DNA from: the human T2T-CHM13v2.0 reference genome, Homo sapiens | Assembly (NCBI RefSeq): GCF_009914755.1 | Contig: NC_060930.1 | DNA length: 64,000 nt | Reading direction: 5' to 3' (one strand) | Shown: in pieces, positions 1 through 14,020 of the stretch | How the letters are laid out: each line of letters begins with the position of its first letter | Numbering within the stretch: the stretch's first letter is position 1 | The notes under the pieces: generated by a model | Databases searched by the model: none | The model's input: only the letters and a program-made list of their open reading frames with translations | What the model was told of the DNA's origin: nothing | Made by a program: the position numbers and the translations under genes

Positions 1-499
1 ATCATCTCGGTTCTAGAATTTGAACATAGAAATATTCTAGGAGTGGCTATCTTGTTGGAAAGGGATAGGATACTTGTCTTAAAATCCTGTTTGCATGGCT
101 CTTTACAGAATATCAAAAGATGCATGAGATACATGTCAATTGCACATACCAAACACTGGCAGGGGAAGGAGGATCTGGTTCCCCCGACCGCAGAATGGGA
201 AACCAGGCAGGAAGCTGCTGTTTACCAGGCATAGCACCAGGTCCTTTCACATCAATTGCATTATTTAATCCTCATAATAGCTTGTCAAGCCGGTGTGGTC
301 ACCACATCTTTATATGTGAGAAAACCAAGTCTCAGTGAGAGTACATTAAACCTAAGGTGTCATAGCTAGAGAATGGTAGTGCTGTCTAATGTCAAAGCTG
401 CTGTTCTTTCCAACACATAATAATAATGGACTCGATACATCTTATGAGCTGCCTTAGACTATTTAAGCTCTAAATCCTTCCACCCTCCATTATCCATGT

Positions 500-990
500 A
501 ACGTCTGCAGCCCCTGCATCAACTGACTCTGCCAGATGATTCCACAGTAGGGCATGGAGTCACTGACCAGCAGCCAGAGCTGAGACTCCATGCGCCCCTC
601 CCAGACTTGGAAGAAGAGCCACACCACAATGCACGGGGGATGGATTCCTCAGCAGTTTCTAAAAGGGCCAGGTGATGCAACCCCAAAGTGTGGGATATGA
701 AACTCCACAGGGGATGAACCTTGATCTGTTGGGGATAGGAGTCAGGAGGGATTCTGCAGATCAAGTCGCCTGCTATTCCTTCCTCTGGCCTGTCCAAAAG
801 GCATCTCCTGGGGCCATCTGACAGGCTGTGTCTTCGTGAAGCCTTGGCCAGGTCAGCAGCGGGGCCCGGCATTTGCTTCCCATCCTTCCCTGCCTCACAC
901 TGGCTGCCCTACTATTGCACTTCATTAAAAAGCATTACTACTTCAACTTTGCCTCAGATTCTGTTTTCCAGGGAATCCAGATTAAGCCAA
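500..990 (+). mobile_element. Old ERVL-type LTR fragment (LTR16/LTR33-like)
   Basis: 3' end 'cctcagattctgttttccagggaatccagattaag' resembles ERVL LTR termini. Confidence 0.4.
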
Positions 991-1138
991 AAAGAACAGG
1001 AAACATTTAGATGGATTATCTCATTTAATACTCATGGCATCCAAATAAAGTGTTATTATCCCAGTTTTACAGATAAAGTAACTTGTGGTTAAAATCATAC
1101 ACACACATGAACAGTGCAACCGGCATCCAGACTCAAGC

Positions 1139-1226
1139 AGCCTGACTAGGTCCCACTCCTCTAACTCTGCAGCAGGGACCGGAGCCTGATTAGGTCCCAC
1201 ACCTCTAACTCTGCAGCAGGGACCGG
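1139..1226. repeat. 44-bp tandem duplication (2 copies, 2 mismatches)
   Basis: agcctga(c/t)taggtcccac(t/a)cctctaactctgcagcagggaccgg x2. Confidence 0.95.
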
Positions 1227-1359
1227 TACACTCCTATCAGCCTCGTTCATCTGATCCTCTATATGCCTCACCTCTAGTAAATATTTCCTGTGGAAACAAA
1301 TGCTAGATATACTCGACTATTCATTCTCTCTATCTTGTAAAAGAATACAACTTCAGGAC

Positions 1360-1748
1360 ACTAATAACATATTCCCAGCCTTCCTTGCAGCAAGGTACAG
1401 TCAATTAGTTCTGACTACTGCCATGTAAGAAGAAATGAGGTAAATGGCTTCCAAATGGTGCCTTCGAAGAGAAAGAGACAGCTTCCCCTTCTCTTCCCCT
1501 TCTCCCTTGGCTAGAATGCAGACATGGTAAGTGGAGTCGTTGCTGCTTAGACAATCAGATGGAACCCACATGTTGGGGATGGCTGTGGAATGAGATGAAA
1601 GAGCCTGGGTCTCCCACACCATTGAACCAGGATACCAGCCCTGGACTTCTAGGCTTGAACAGTTATGGAAGAGAAACCAACTTCTTTCTTGCTTTGTCCA
1701 CTGCTGTTTTCGTCTTTGCTATAGCATCCGAACTTGCATCCTAATATA
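1360..1748 (+). mobile_element. MaLR LTR (MLT1-type)
   Basis: 'cccagccttccttgcagc' ... 'ggacttctagg' ... 'tttgctatagcatccgaacttgcatcctaata' match MLT1 motifs. Confidence 0.6.
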
Positions 1749-1754
1749 CTTTTC

Positions 1755-2171
1755 AATAGGCAGTTAATTTTATGTGTCAACTTGACTGAGCCTTGGGATG
1801 CCCAGATTCAATATTATTTCGGGGTGTGTCTGTGGGGATGTTCCTGGATGAGACTGGCATTTGAACTGGTGGGCTCAGTAATCCCACAGTGGGGACTCCC
1901 CTCCCCAGTGTGGGTGGGCATCATCCATTGAGGGCCTGAATAGAGCAAAAGGCTGAGAAAAAAGGAATTCACCTATTTTTTTCTTCCTGCCTCTCTGCTT
2001 AAGCTGGGACATCTCATCTCATCTTCTCCTACCCTTAGACTGGGGCTTACACCTTGGCTCCCCTGTTTCTGTGACCTTTGGACTCAGACTGAATTACCTT
2101 TTCCTGGGCCTCCAGCTTGCAGATGGCAGATCAGAACCTCTCAGCCTCCATAATCACATGAGCCGCTTCCT

Positions 2172-2228
<57 letters not shown>

Positions 2229-2310
2229 AGTGCTTAGCCTCCGTAATCATGTGAACCAGTTCTTTATTATATATAAATATCTATATCCTATTGGTTCTGT
2301 TTCTCTAACA
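1755..2310 (+). mobile_element. MLT2 (ERVL) solo LTR containing (TA)n at ~2178-2225
   Basis: 'ttaattttatgtgtcaacttgactg' start, 'gggtgtgtctgtg', 'cctattggttctgtttctct' end. Confidence 0.85.
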
Positions 2311-3444
2311 CAGACAGTAAGCACAAATGGTTAGGAACAGGGCTGCACAGTCAGACATCTGGGTTCAAACTCTGGAGGATGGCTCACATTCTTTCCTACT
2401 AGTTGCTATTCACCTTTGACAGCCACTTTCTAGACCTTCCTCAGGGACAATTTTCTCATTCATGTACCACACATATGCAGCGTAGCACAATGGCTGAGCC
2501 CAAGGACCCCGGACATTTAGGCTGAAATCCTAGTTCTGTATGTTCTAAGTATATGACCTCGGGCAGGTTACTTAACTTCCGTGTGCCTCCATTTCTTCAT
2601 ATGTAAATGAGAATACTAGTAGTGCCTCCCTCACAGGGTTTGGTGAAAGCAAGGGAAACCAGAGCCACCCACTATGTGAATCCAGAGCAGACCAGCTTCC
2701 TAAGGCTTAAGGGTCCCTGTCATAGGACGTGGTATGTGATAGGCATTTAACAAATGTTAGCTGGTGTCCTTGCTGCTGATTATTCTTCTTCCCATATGAG
2801 CCTTGTATATAACAGGTGTCAATCCTTTCAGAAGGATTGAATGAATAGATGCCTAAACCACATTCTGTGGAGTAGAAGTCACAAACACAAACCAGATACA
2901 AAGGTGAGGTGTTTTACCCCAGATTGGGTACTGTGTGAGATCACTGCCCAACAGAGGGAACATGGCTCTCCAGTCTGGCAACCGTCGCAAGCATCCCTCC
3001 AGTTTCAAATGGAAGGTTTCAGTGTTGTTCCTGCCAAATCCTGGCCTAGGTCGTGGCTCCTCACTGACCTCCTCGGCGTGGGTAGGCATTCCACACAGCC
3101 CTGAGGACCCCACAAGACTCCATGCAGACTGTCCACAGTGCTTTCCCTCTGGGATGGGCCCCCTCTATTTGGGGAAACCACAAGAATTTGCAATTATCAT
3201 TCCAAAATGGTAAGTATAATTCTTAACCAACGATGGAGTTCCAAGTCAGTCAGTCCTCAGTCCAGATGTGCAGTATGCACCCTCCCAGGACAGGACGCCC
3301 TGTTGCACCGGAGGCCGACTCCACAGAGTTCCTTCTCAGCCAATGAATATGGCTCTTTTTAAAGAAACAGGGCCTCCCAGAGCTACTGCAGCAAGCCTCA
3401 ACCTCACAAGCCTCTGCTCTCCTCTGTGCAGGACAGTTGGAGTC

Positions 3445-3660
3445 AACTAGTGGCAGGAGCATGGAGTCAGACTCCCTGGGTTTAGTGTTCAAATTCTGCC
3501 TCTGTTACTAATTATATGGTCAGGTTTTCCTCTCTGAAACTCAATTTTCCTTCATCTGTCAAATGGGTATAATAATAGTATCTACCTTCCTGGTGGTGGT
3601 AAGAAATAAATGAAAAACTTTCAACAGTGTCTGGCACATAGCCTGAATAAAAGTTGGCTG
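3445..3660 (+). mobile_element. MIR
   Basis: 'ggagtcagac...ttcaaattctgcctctg...ctctgaaactcaattttccttcatctgtcaaatgggtataataatagtatctacc' MIR core. Confidence 0.8.
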
Positions 3661-4705
3661 CTATTATGGCTCTGTCTATTTTTTGATCTGGGGCACACAA
3701 GCAACAGGCAATGGTCTGTGTGTTTTGGTGTAGTTTCCTCTCCTTTCTGCATCCTTACCCAACCTGGACCAGTCCCTTCGGCCCAAGGACCCAGCTGGCT
3801 GCATCCTCATCACCAGATAGCAGCTCACACTGGACAGGTTGCCCTGTCTCCCCAGATCTCACCTCCTATCATGAACATGCCCCTCTATGCTTTCAAATTA
3901 AAAGCAAATGGAAAAGAAATATTTCAAAACACATTCTAAATTAAGCTTGAATAAACAACTCAGTTAAGCCCAGCATGGTCAGCATGGCTTTTCTGTCTTC
4001 CTCAACCCTTCCCCTCTGAGAGATGAAGGCAGGTCATTGTGGAGAAGCTTGCTTTACCCGGTGACCCTTCTATTACCACCTGCTAGCAAATAGGTGCAGG
4101 AGGCTCAGGGAGGACCCTGCTAGGCACTGTCTTGTCGCTCCACCTGGCAGGGTTTCTAAAAAGTCCTTTGATTAGAGTCTAATCCCAGACTCACGAACAA
4201 CATTCTTCCCTTGAACAGACTGGCAGGATTGTATAAAGCAGGGAAACACTGCCACCTGTTGATCATCCAGAATGCCTGTTTCATCCCAAACACATTTCCA
4301 TGAACACTTTTAAAAAAGTAAAAAAAGCGTTTTACTAGTGCTGAGTACTTAACAATCCAATATCCTATATTTTTGTACAGTGTGTCAATTTTTACACAAA
4401 TAATGAGTAAATCTACTTAAATCACCTTTTAATACCAGTTCCCTATTCTCAAAGTCACCTTTGAATAACCAGGTCCCCATTGCATATATTAAAGTTATGT
4501 AGGGTCAAAGGAGTAAAGGAGTCTTGAACTTCAAGCCTGGAGTTGTGGGCTCTGACCTTGCACAGCCACTGCCTAGCTGTGGGACTGGGCAAGGCTCTTT
4601 GCCTCGAGGGCTTTCTCACCAGTAGTTGAGGGCAGGGGACTTCCAGCTACCATACTGTATGGTTCTGGGGACATGATGGCAAGACATTATGAGTGAATTT
4701 TCTGA

Positions 4706-5088
<383 letters not shown>

Positions 5089-6819
5089 TGACACCCGCCC
5101 CAGTGTACCACACTGGGGCAGTTCACTGGGCCGATGGAAAAGAAGTACATGAAGTGAGAGACCGACTGGGGAAATGGCTGCGCATCCATTCTCCCCGCAT
5201 ATATCAGAATGGTTCCCTCCCATTCTTTCAGAGAGGAGGGTGTGCTCAAACTATCCTTGGCTGCAGCTGCCTCTAGGTGCCCAGATGCCCCAGACAGAGT
5301 GTTCAAGAGCAGGGACCTTCCCCAGCATGAGGAACCCCAGGGGCCATCAGCTGGAGACCCAGAGAGGTTTGTCACCTTTGACTGGCAGCAAGCAAGACCA
5401 GTCCCTCCTGACCACTGCAGACACCTGTGTGCGTGGCCCTGGAGGGTGAGGGTGTGGTGCCAGTTAGGACTGTTTCTCACACCTGGCAAGACAGGGGCTC
5501 GAAAGTTGGAGAGTCAGCTGGAAAAGGCACTGGGGGTGGCAGTGCATCTCAGACTGGAGGCCACCAGCAAGGCGTCTTGCTGTGTTGAAAAGCCAGTAGA
5601 TATGGAACTGCAGAATTCGCCTCACAGTCTGCAGTCAGCGGAGCAGCCTCAGCACTCATCAAGCCTTCGGGAAAATAACATAGAAAGCTGCAGCGGAGTC
5701 CCAGGGAACCCACAGGAAGGCGAAAATTGACATCATTTGGACCCGACTGAGTGGAAACCCACAGCCGACCATGACCTTTGCTCATCTTCCCCAGGACACT
5801 GAAGCTTACCAGGAGAGAAGTGGCCTCAGTAAAGTTGTGAGGGGTGAAAGTGTGTTTTCACTGTCCTGTTCAGTTTCCGTCCTCCATCCTAATCCTCTCT
5901 TCCTCTCTGCATTTGCCCAGGTGTTGGCTGCCTTCCAACTATCAAGAGTATTGACCAATCTGCTTCAACCAAGAGTTCCCTTCAAAGAGCAATTTGCATC
6001 TTATTAATGGACTCCTGGAGACAGAGAGGCCTTCAGGAAATTAGCAGTGAGAGCAGGCATTTGGGGATGGCAGGCTGGCTGTGGTCTCCAATGCTGGCCC
6101 TAAGAAGGCAAGGCGGCAGTGATTCAGGGAAGTTAGACACGCTGGTGTTCATAGAGAGGGTGACAATACCCAGAGGACAAAATAGGAGTAAATGAGTTCA
6201 CAGTTCAGCATAAAATATATAATGGCTATAAGGAAAAAACTACAGTGACAACCATTGTTTTAAATGATTTACCGCACTGGAGTGGGCTATCCTGTCATTG
6301 TCTGACTTGGTAGTTTCCCTTCCTTTTCCTTTCAGGTGCTGCATTTTCTAAAACTTAATTTTTTAAATTAAACGGATAACACACAGTTTTGGTTTTAGAA
6401 TTATCTTTTAAACTCCATTACCCAGTGAGATATCATGAGAACAATTTGGAAATGACAGTAGTTTTTAAAATCTTTGCACAACACAAATTTAAACAAAGTT
6501 TCAAAAGCACAAATCAACTTCACATGATGAAACAGAAACTTCTTTAACGTTGTATCCATTAAAATGACTTTACCCAGCTGTTTATGAGTTCCACACATTT
6601 TTTGTTTATTTGTTCGTTCATTTAAAAAAATGTATTCCTTCATCCACAGAACCCACCCTCATTCTTTTCCTATCACTTTCACATAGGCAAATATTACATC
6701 AGATTATGTATGTGTATTTTGCTTTTCAGTGTTCCTATAAAATGTATGTTGTTATTTTGTATACTTGTACTTTATTTATGTGAGTGGTATTGTATTCTGT
6801 GGCTCGCTTTCTTTCTTAC

Positions 6820-6820
6820 A

Positions 6821-6859
<39 letters not shown>

Positions 6860-7145
6860 TTGGGGGGGGGACAGGGTCTTGCTCTGCCACCCAGCCTGGA
6901 GTGCAGTGGCACAATCACTGCTCACTGCAGCCTCAAGCCATCCTCCCACCTCAGCCTCCTGAGTAGCTGGGACTATAGGAGTGTGCCACCACACTCTTTT
7001 TTTTTTTTTTTTTTTTTTTGTATTTTGTAGCAACAGGGCTTCAACATGTTGCCCAGGCTGGTCTAGAACTCCTGGTCTCAAGCAATCCACCTGCCTCAGC
7101 TTCCCAAAGTGCTGAGATTACAGATGTGAGCCACTGTGCTCGGCC
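6820..7145 (-). mobile_element. AluJ-like
   Basis: Reverse Alu with poly-T tail and expanded central T tract. Confidence 0.9.
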
Positions 7146-9017
7146 TCTTTGTTACATTTTTCATTGAGCATTCTGTCTTCAAGATCCATCCAAGCTGCCA
7201 TCTCATAGTAACTTGGCTGGGAATGACTGCTGCAAAATAACCCATCCTGTGTGCCCATCACGTGTCACCTCTGCTCTCCTCGTGAGGGGCACCAACTTCA
7301 TTTCCAACTCCTTACTCCAACAAACAAACTGTACTGAGCAATCTCCTTGTAGATCTGGTGAGAGTTTCTTCGGGATAAATATGCAGGAGAGACTCGATGG
7401 GCATAGGGTTGCATATACTACACTTTTTTAAATGGGACAAGATTGCTCTCTCCAGAAAGACTGAACCAGCCACTCCTTCCCTCTATCAGTGCATATTGGT
7501 TCCCACATTCTTATAAAAAACTGGCATTATCCAACTTCATATTTTTGCCAGGCTAACTGGTATAAATTAATTTCTCACATTTTAATTTGCATTGTCTAAT
7601 TAGTTATTTTTTAGCATCTCCTCATATGTATTATGTAGTGTTATATAATTAGCTTCTGGGGTGGCTGTACATTGCCTGTCCCTATACTTTACTCATTTTT
7701 CTATTGGAACTTCTTTTTATTTTTTAGTTGCAGGAAGTTCTTGTATAACCTAAATATTAATCCCAGGTCTAGTTTAGACATCGCAAATATTTTCTCCTAT
7801 TCTGTCATCTGTCCATCTTAACTTTGTCCCTAGTGTTTTTTATTGAACAGGAATGTTTAATCTTGATTTAATTCAGTTCGTTTGTTTGCTGGTTGTTATG
7901 TTGTTTGTTGTTGTTTTGCAATGTGATTTGTGCTTTTGAAATTTTGTTTAAAAAGTCTTTCCCTGCTTCTGGGTCATAAAGATACCTCTTGTATTTACTT
8001 GGATTAACTTTATAATTTTATCTAGAAAACATTTTGGTTTCTAGTCTATTTCCAGTATGCCAGCGATGTGGTACAGAGTAGGGACCCAGTTTTATTTTTT
8101 TCTATATAGTGAGCCAGATTTCCTAATAACATTTTTACTACACAATCTGTCCTTTCCCTATTGATTTGTGGCAACGCCTCTGTCCTTCATTCATTTCCAC
8201 ATATATCTGTGTTTGTCCCTGACCTCTCCATTCTTCTCCATTGACCAACTTGTCTGTTCTTACTCCAAAACTACACTTAAAAGATTAATTATGGTTTCAC
8301 AGCATGTCACCATCTAGTAGGATTAGCCCCCTCCCCATCTTTACACTCTTTTTTAAGGTTGATTAGTCACAAATCTTTATGTCTTTATATAAATTAATTT
8401 AACCAAGTGCCTCAAAAAACAATCTAGCTGGAGTTTTGATTAAAGTTGCATTTGATATGCAGCTTGATTTGGATAATAATTGACATCTTTTTAATACGTG
8501 TCACACCATTTGAAGTTTGGTAAAATTCGCCTGGGAGACTGACTGAGCCTGTGATTTTTGTTTGGAAGGTAGGCTTTTGACTTCAATTTGTTTAATTCTA
8601 CTGACCTAGTTCAAGTTTTATTTCCTGTACCAATTTTAGCATCTCATATTTTTCTATGAATTTCTTTCTTTCATCTAGCTAGGCTTTCAAATCTAATGGC
8701 AGATGGGTATCTGTGCTCTTCTATGCTCTTCTCATCTTTGTGTTGTGATCTCCTTCTTCCCATTCTGTATTTTCATTTATGTCTTATTTTTTTCTTAATC
8801 CTTTTTTTATAGATCTCTTTTTAATACTTCAAAAAAAATTGGGCCAATCCTTTCAGTTGATTTTGTTGTGCACTATTTTATTTATTTCTGCCCTATAATG
8901 GTTTCCTTCTTTTTTCTTTGCTTTGTTGCTCTTTTGTGATTTTTCCATTAATTGCTGACTTCATTTATCATTAACATATTGTGTTTCCTAATAAATGTAT
9001 TTAATACTAAATTCTTA

Positions 9018-9176
9018 ATTAGCCAGGCATTGTGTTGTGTGCCTTGTAGTCCCAGCTACTTGGGAGGCTGAGGCAGGAGGATCTCTTGAGCTCAGAAGTT
9101 CCAGGCTGCAGTGAGTTATGTTCATGGCATGGCACTCCAGCCTAGGCAACAGAGTGAGACTCTGTCTCAAAAAGAA
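9018..9176 (+). mobile_element. Alu right-arm monomer (FRAM/AluJ-like)
   Basis: 'ttagccaggc...gtagtcccagctacttgggaggctgagg...gtctcaaaaa'. Confidence 0.85.
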
Positions 9177-11411
9177 ATACAAAAAATTTTTAAAAACCTA
9201 AATTTTCCTGAAATTTTCAGCTGGATACCACAATTTTGATATAGTTCTAATATTTTTAAAATTTATGATTTTCACTGAAAGGCTATTTAGTATGTTGTTC
9301 TGTTTCCAAACATAAGAGATTGTTTAGCTCTATTTTTCTTACTGACTTCTGCATATGTTTTTTAGTTTATTGCCTGATAGATATTTTTGTCAATGTTCCA
9401 TGTGTACTTGAAATCTTTGCTTGTTTCATTTCATTGGTAGGTCTTTGATATCTCTGTTCTTTTTTTTTTTTTTTGTCTGCTTGATCAACCTGCTTCCATA
9501 ACTACAATTATAGGATAGTCTATTTCTCTCTGCAGTTCTTTCAGTGGTCGAAACATTTTGAGGCATTCTAATTACACATATATATGATCAAAATGGATGT
9601 ATCTTTTCTTTTTGTTACTTCTTTTATGAATATATATTGTCTATCATCTACCCTTTGTGATATTTTGTGCCTTAAATTCTTATTTTGTAAGATACTAATA
9701 TTGCTACACTTTGTTTTACTTCATGATTACCTGGTATATATTTTTCTATATAATTTTATTCTCAATTTTCTGTTTTACTGTCCTCAGTGTGTGCTTCTAA
9801 GACAGCATATTGTTGTATTATATTTTGTTTTTTAATCCAATCTGACAGTGTCTTTGGTGAGTTTAACCCTTTTGCTGCTAAATTAGGATTTTGTTCCATT
9901 GTCTTATTTTCCACTTGCTTTATTCTGCTTTTTCTTTTCTCTGTTCCTAAATTCCATTGAATAGAACAAGCTTTCTTCTGTAAGACTAAAAATTATACAT
10001 TGCTTTTGCCTTACGGTGGTTGACCTTCCATACTCATGTTTATATCTATTGTTTCATTAAACTTAGCAATGTCTAGATCATCTTTCTTGCTTTACTATGA
10101 ATCTCATGTTCCCCTGGGCTTCCTCTCATTTTGCTACATCATGCTGATAGAACTTTAGTTCTGGGATGCTATATAAATATATTCCCTCCCATTCTAATTT
10201 TTAAGACAATAGTAAACTCTACCAAGATATGTGATTACCCTTTCTTCCTATAACTTGCTTCACCGTGTGGATTTATTTCTCTTATTATTTAAGGACTTCT
10301 CAAAGTGTTTTCAAGAATGGATCTTCCTGTGGAAAAAACTTCTGAAGCTGTATATGCCTCGGAATATTTTTATTGTGTCGTTACATTTGATTAAGGTATT
10401 GGTGGGATATAATTCTTTAATTCCAGAAAATTTATCCCCATTATGTCTTCAAATATTGCCTGTTGTCATTTTTCCTTTTTTTTCTTTCTAGGTATCTGAT
10501 GCAGATGTAGACATTTCTCTGTCTTCCATATCTCAGCTTGTTTTTAAAAACTACATATTTTCTTTCTCCTCTTACCCTTTTCTGTTGTGTTCTGGGAGAG
10601 TTTTTCAATCTGATCTCCCAACTAATTGCTTTTTAGCTATATCCATCCTACTAGTTACCCCATCTATGGAGTTATTTCGTTGCTTGCCTTTTCCATACCT
10701 AATATTTCTACTTGGTTCTTTTGTGTGATTTTTATTTTTGTTAATGTAATTTCTTATTTCTTGAGACATATTTATAATGCTTATTTTAAATTCTTGGTCC
10801 ACCTGTTCAAATACTTCTGCCAGATGGTACATGTTGTGCAGTTTGCTTGTTCATTTGGTAGTTGTATTGCTCTAGTCATTTCGGCTTTTGAACTTCTTTT
10901 TCTCTCCTCTCCTCTACTTACCCTACCTGGTAATGTTTCCTCTGTTCCGTTTTGTGATGTGTATTGGGAAAAGCCCAATGATGGCTTAGGCTCTTGGTGG
11001 AGAGCCCTATGCACCGTGGAATCACGACTGATTCCTGTGGGCTGTTGGCTTAGAGTAGCCAGAAAACTTCTCTGGTCAAGGTTTCATCTTAAAACCTTTA
11101 GGATAAGGCAAGATAGAAAAGAGATGGTCCCCATCACTTGGGCTGTGGAGAGGATGTGATGGATGAATGTAGGAGGTTAGTTGTTCAGTCTACAGCTGTT
11201 TTCATCACTTTTCCCCTTTGGCAGGGCTTTGATGCTGCCATGAACTTGCCCTGCAGACACCTGCACCAATAGCCCAGGCTGCTGCCACAGAGCTCTGCAC
11301 TGAGGAGGTGGCAAAGGACTGCCTTTCTCCAGGCAGTCTCTTCACTGCTGCTTCGGGGTTTCTCCACCTTGGGATATAGCCACCCCTCCACAAACTGCAG
11401 TTCAAGAAAAT

Positions 11412-11719
11412 CTTCATGCCCCAGGCATACAATTTCATTACACACGCACACGCACACACACCACACACTTCTTTGTGCTAGGCTTTCTGCTTTCATGTCA
11501 AAAATTCCCAAAGGGGAGTGGGAAGCCCTAGGCCACTAAGGTGAGCTTCAAATGCCTTTGCAACTTCAACAGCAAAATGCCAGGCTCCAGGAGGATGTGA
11601 CAGAGGGCTCTGGGTGATGGGGCTTCCCCTCAGTGCTGAGGTGGTGCTTTCCACGCAGGGTACCCGAGAGGAGAGGCTCACAATGAAGCCCCGGGAATGC
11701 CTGCCCCACCATGGCTCCT
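11412..11719 (+). repeat. Copy 1 of a ~310-bp dispersed direct duplication (copy 2 at 13693-14020)
   Basis: Alignment by eye; both copies start cttcatgccccaggc, contain (CA)n and end ccatggctcct. Confidence 0.95.
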
Positions 11720-12319
11720 GTTTATTGGGGAGTTTTGTTTGTTGCTTTCATTGTTGTTTTTGTTTGTTTTCCCAAATGTACATTTCCCCATTGCTTCTGT
11801 TTTTCTACAGCATTGATTAGCAAGCAGCTTGAGCTAGTTTTACCATCTTGCTAGCAACCTATCATAGTAAATAGTTAATCAATGTTTGTAATTGATTGGC
11901 AACGCTAACAAAAAAGTATGTCTTTCTTTCCAGTTTGTTTTCTTAACAAGAAAAGGTTCAGCTGGTTAAAAGGTATAGGTATATCCCTGACAAAAGGGGA
12001 TAAAAAAGGAATGGATTATTTTATTGTGTGCCCACTAAATCCAGGCATTTGTTAAATACTAAATATGTGAGTTGAGTATGAAATTTCCTCCATAAATTTC
12101 TTTTCATCTACTTCACTAAATTAGATAAACCACTCTGGGCCCCCACCCACCTGGCTAGGAGAAAAGTCAGTCTTGGTGATGAAGGAAGCTTTCCCTTCCT
12201 TGGATCTTACCGAAGTCCCAGAAGAATGAGTCTTCTGCAGCCTAGATCTTTGCTGAAAGGGCACCTGCTTGTCGGCTCCCACTGGCCTGTTGGGGGACTC
12301 TATACTATAGTTGTGTACT

Positions 12320-12414
12320 GTTGCTATAGTGCACAGCCCAAGCCCTCCTCAGCTGGTGCAAGAGGGGATGGAGCGTTGGTGGCTGGCGGCTCACACAAAG
12401 TCTCCTTACCCTAG
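12320..12414 (+). repeat. 95-bp direct copy of 13111-13205
   Basis: gttgctatagtgcac...gtctccttaccctag, ~7 mismatches, no indels. Confidence 0.95.
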
Positions 12415-12554
12415 TCTCTGGAGAGAGGCTGCTCGGCTACTTCTGCGCCAGCCACCACCAGCCCAGGGATTTTTCTCTGAGATTTTCAAAGTAACAACCC
12501 ATCATATACAATCTCCCTACCCCTAAATGCATATACCACCTCCTAGAGGACTAA

Positions 12555-12920
<366 letters not shown>

Positions 12921-13117
12921 TAAGTTGGAAACAAAAGCTTTTTCTCTCCTCTGAGGGCCATTGAGTTGAAGGACAGCTCAGAACTTTAAAAACATGAGTC
13001 CACTTTTTCCAAAGATAAGCCTGGGCAAGATGAATCAGTTGGTTTGCTGTTGTTGTCACCATACTATACATGTGCTGTGTCATTTGATTCCCTCCCACAG
13101 CCCTGCAGGAGTTGCTA

Positions 13118-13460
13118 TAGTGCACGGCCCAAGCCCTCCTCGGCTGGTGCAGGAGGGGATGGAGTGTTGGTGGCTGGGGGTTCACACTAAGTCTCCTTAC
13201 CCTAGGAACCCTCTCCACAGTGGCCAGTGGCTGGCTGATGGGGAATTGTAGATGAGGTACAAAGACCCAGGCCCCCTTGACTGAAGGCGGTGCAACTCTG
13301 AAAGGCCATCCATCAGAACATCCTGTGAAACTGGCCGAGGCCTTGTGATTGTCGCAACCACTCCCCTGCCCAGTCCTGAATCCTTCCTGCCCCTACAGGC
13401 ATTGGCCTCCACTCCCCATCTCTGCCTCAGAGTCTGTTTCCCAGGAACTGGACCTAACAC
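13118..13460 (+). mobile_element. LTR16C-like ERVL solo LTR, apparently inserted in a MIR
   Basis: 'gtacaaagacccaggcccc...caactctgaaaggccatcc...ctcagagtctgtttcccaggaac' match recalled LTR16 motifs; MIR-like sequence on both sides. Confidence 0.65.
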
Positions 13461-13692
13461 ACCCCAGGAGATAGATGGCAATATTCCTACTTTATAGATA
13501 CGGAAACCGAGGCTCTGAGAACAGAAGTAACTTGGTCAAATGGGAAACTTGGCATTTGGTTACAAAATCTGACTCCCAGGACTTTGGATACTTTTTGGTC
13601 TGAGGGATTCCCACCCTCACTTGGGCAGGAATGTGGAATATTAACATCCCCTGGGCTGTTCACTCCCAGTTCCCTCTGCCTGGTGCCTGTCA

Positions 13693-13715
13693 CTTCATGC
13701 CCCAGGCCTGGTTTC

Positions 13716-13750
<35 letters not shown>

Positions 13751-14020
13751 GCACACACACCACACACACTTCTTTGTGCCAGGCTTTCTGCTTTCATGTC
13801 AAAAATTCCCAAAAGGGAGTGGGAAGCCCTAGGCCACTAAGGTGAGCTTCAAATGCCTTTGCAACTTCAGCAGCACAATGCCAGGCTCCAGGGGGATGGG
13901 GTGGAGGGCTCTGGCTAATGGGGCTTCCCCTCAGTGCTGAGATTGTGTTTTCCACACAGGGTCCCAGAGAGGAGAGGCTGACAACGAAGTCCCAGGAATG
14001 GCTGCCCTGCCATGGCTCCT
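13693..14020 (+). repeat. Copy 2 of the ~310-bp duplication, including a (CA)n microsatellite
   Basis: Aligns to 11412-11719. Confidence 0.95.

Larger units (their letters stand above)
6340..11400 (-). mobile_element. Fragmented old L1M-type LINE, interrupted by Alus
   Basis: Long T-rich tract with recognisable reverse-complement L1 ORF2/3' motifs; ORF 10605..10832(-) resembles decayed ORF1. Confidence 0.7.

Noticed and set aside
10626-11159. 177-aa hydrophobic ORF
   Set aside because: Antisense to a decayed L1; T-rich composition explains the hydrophobicity.
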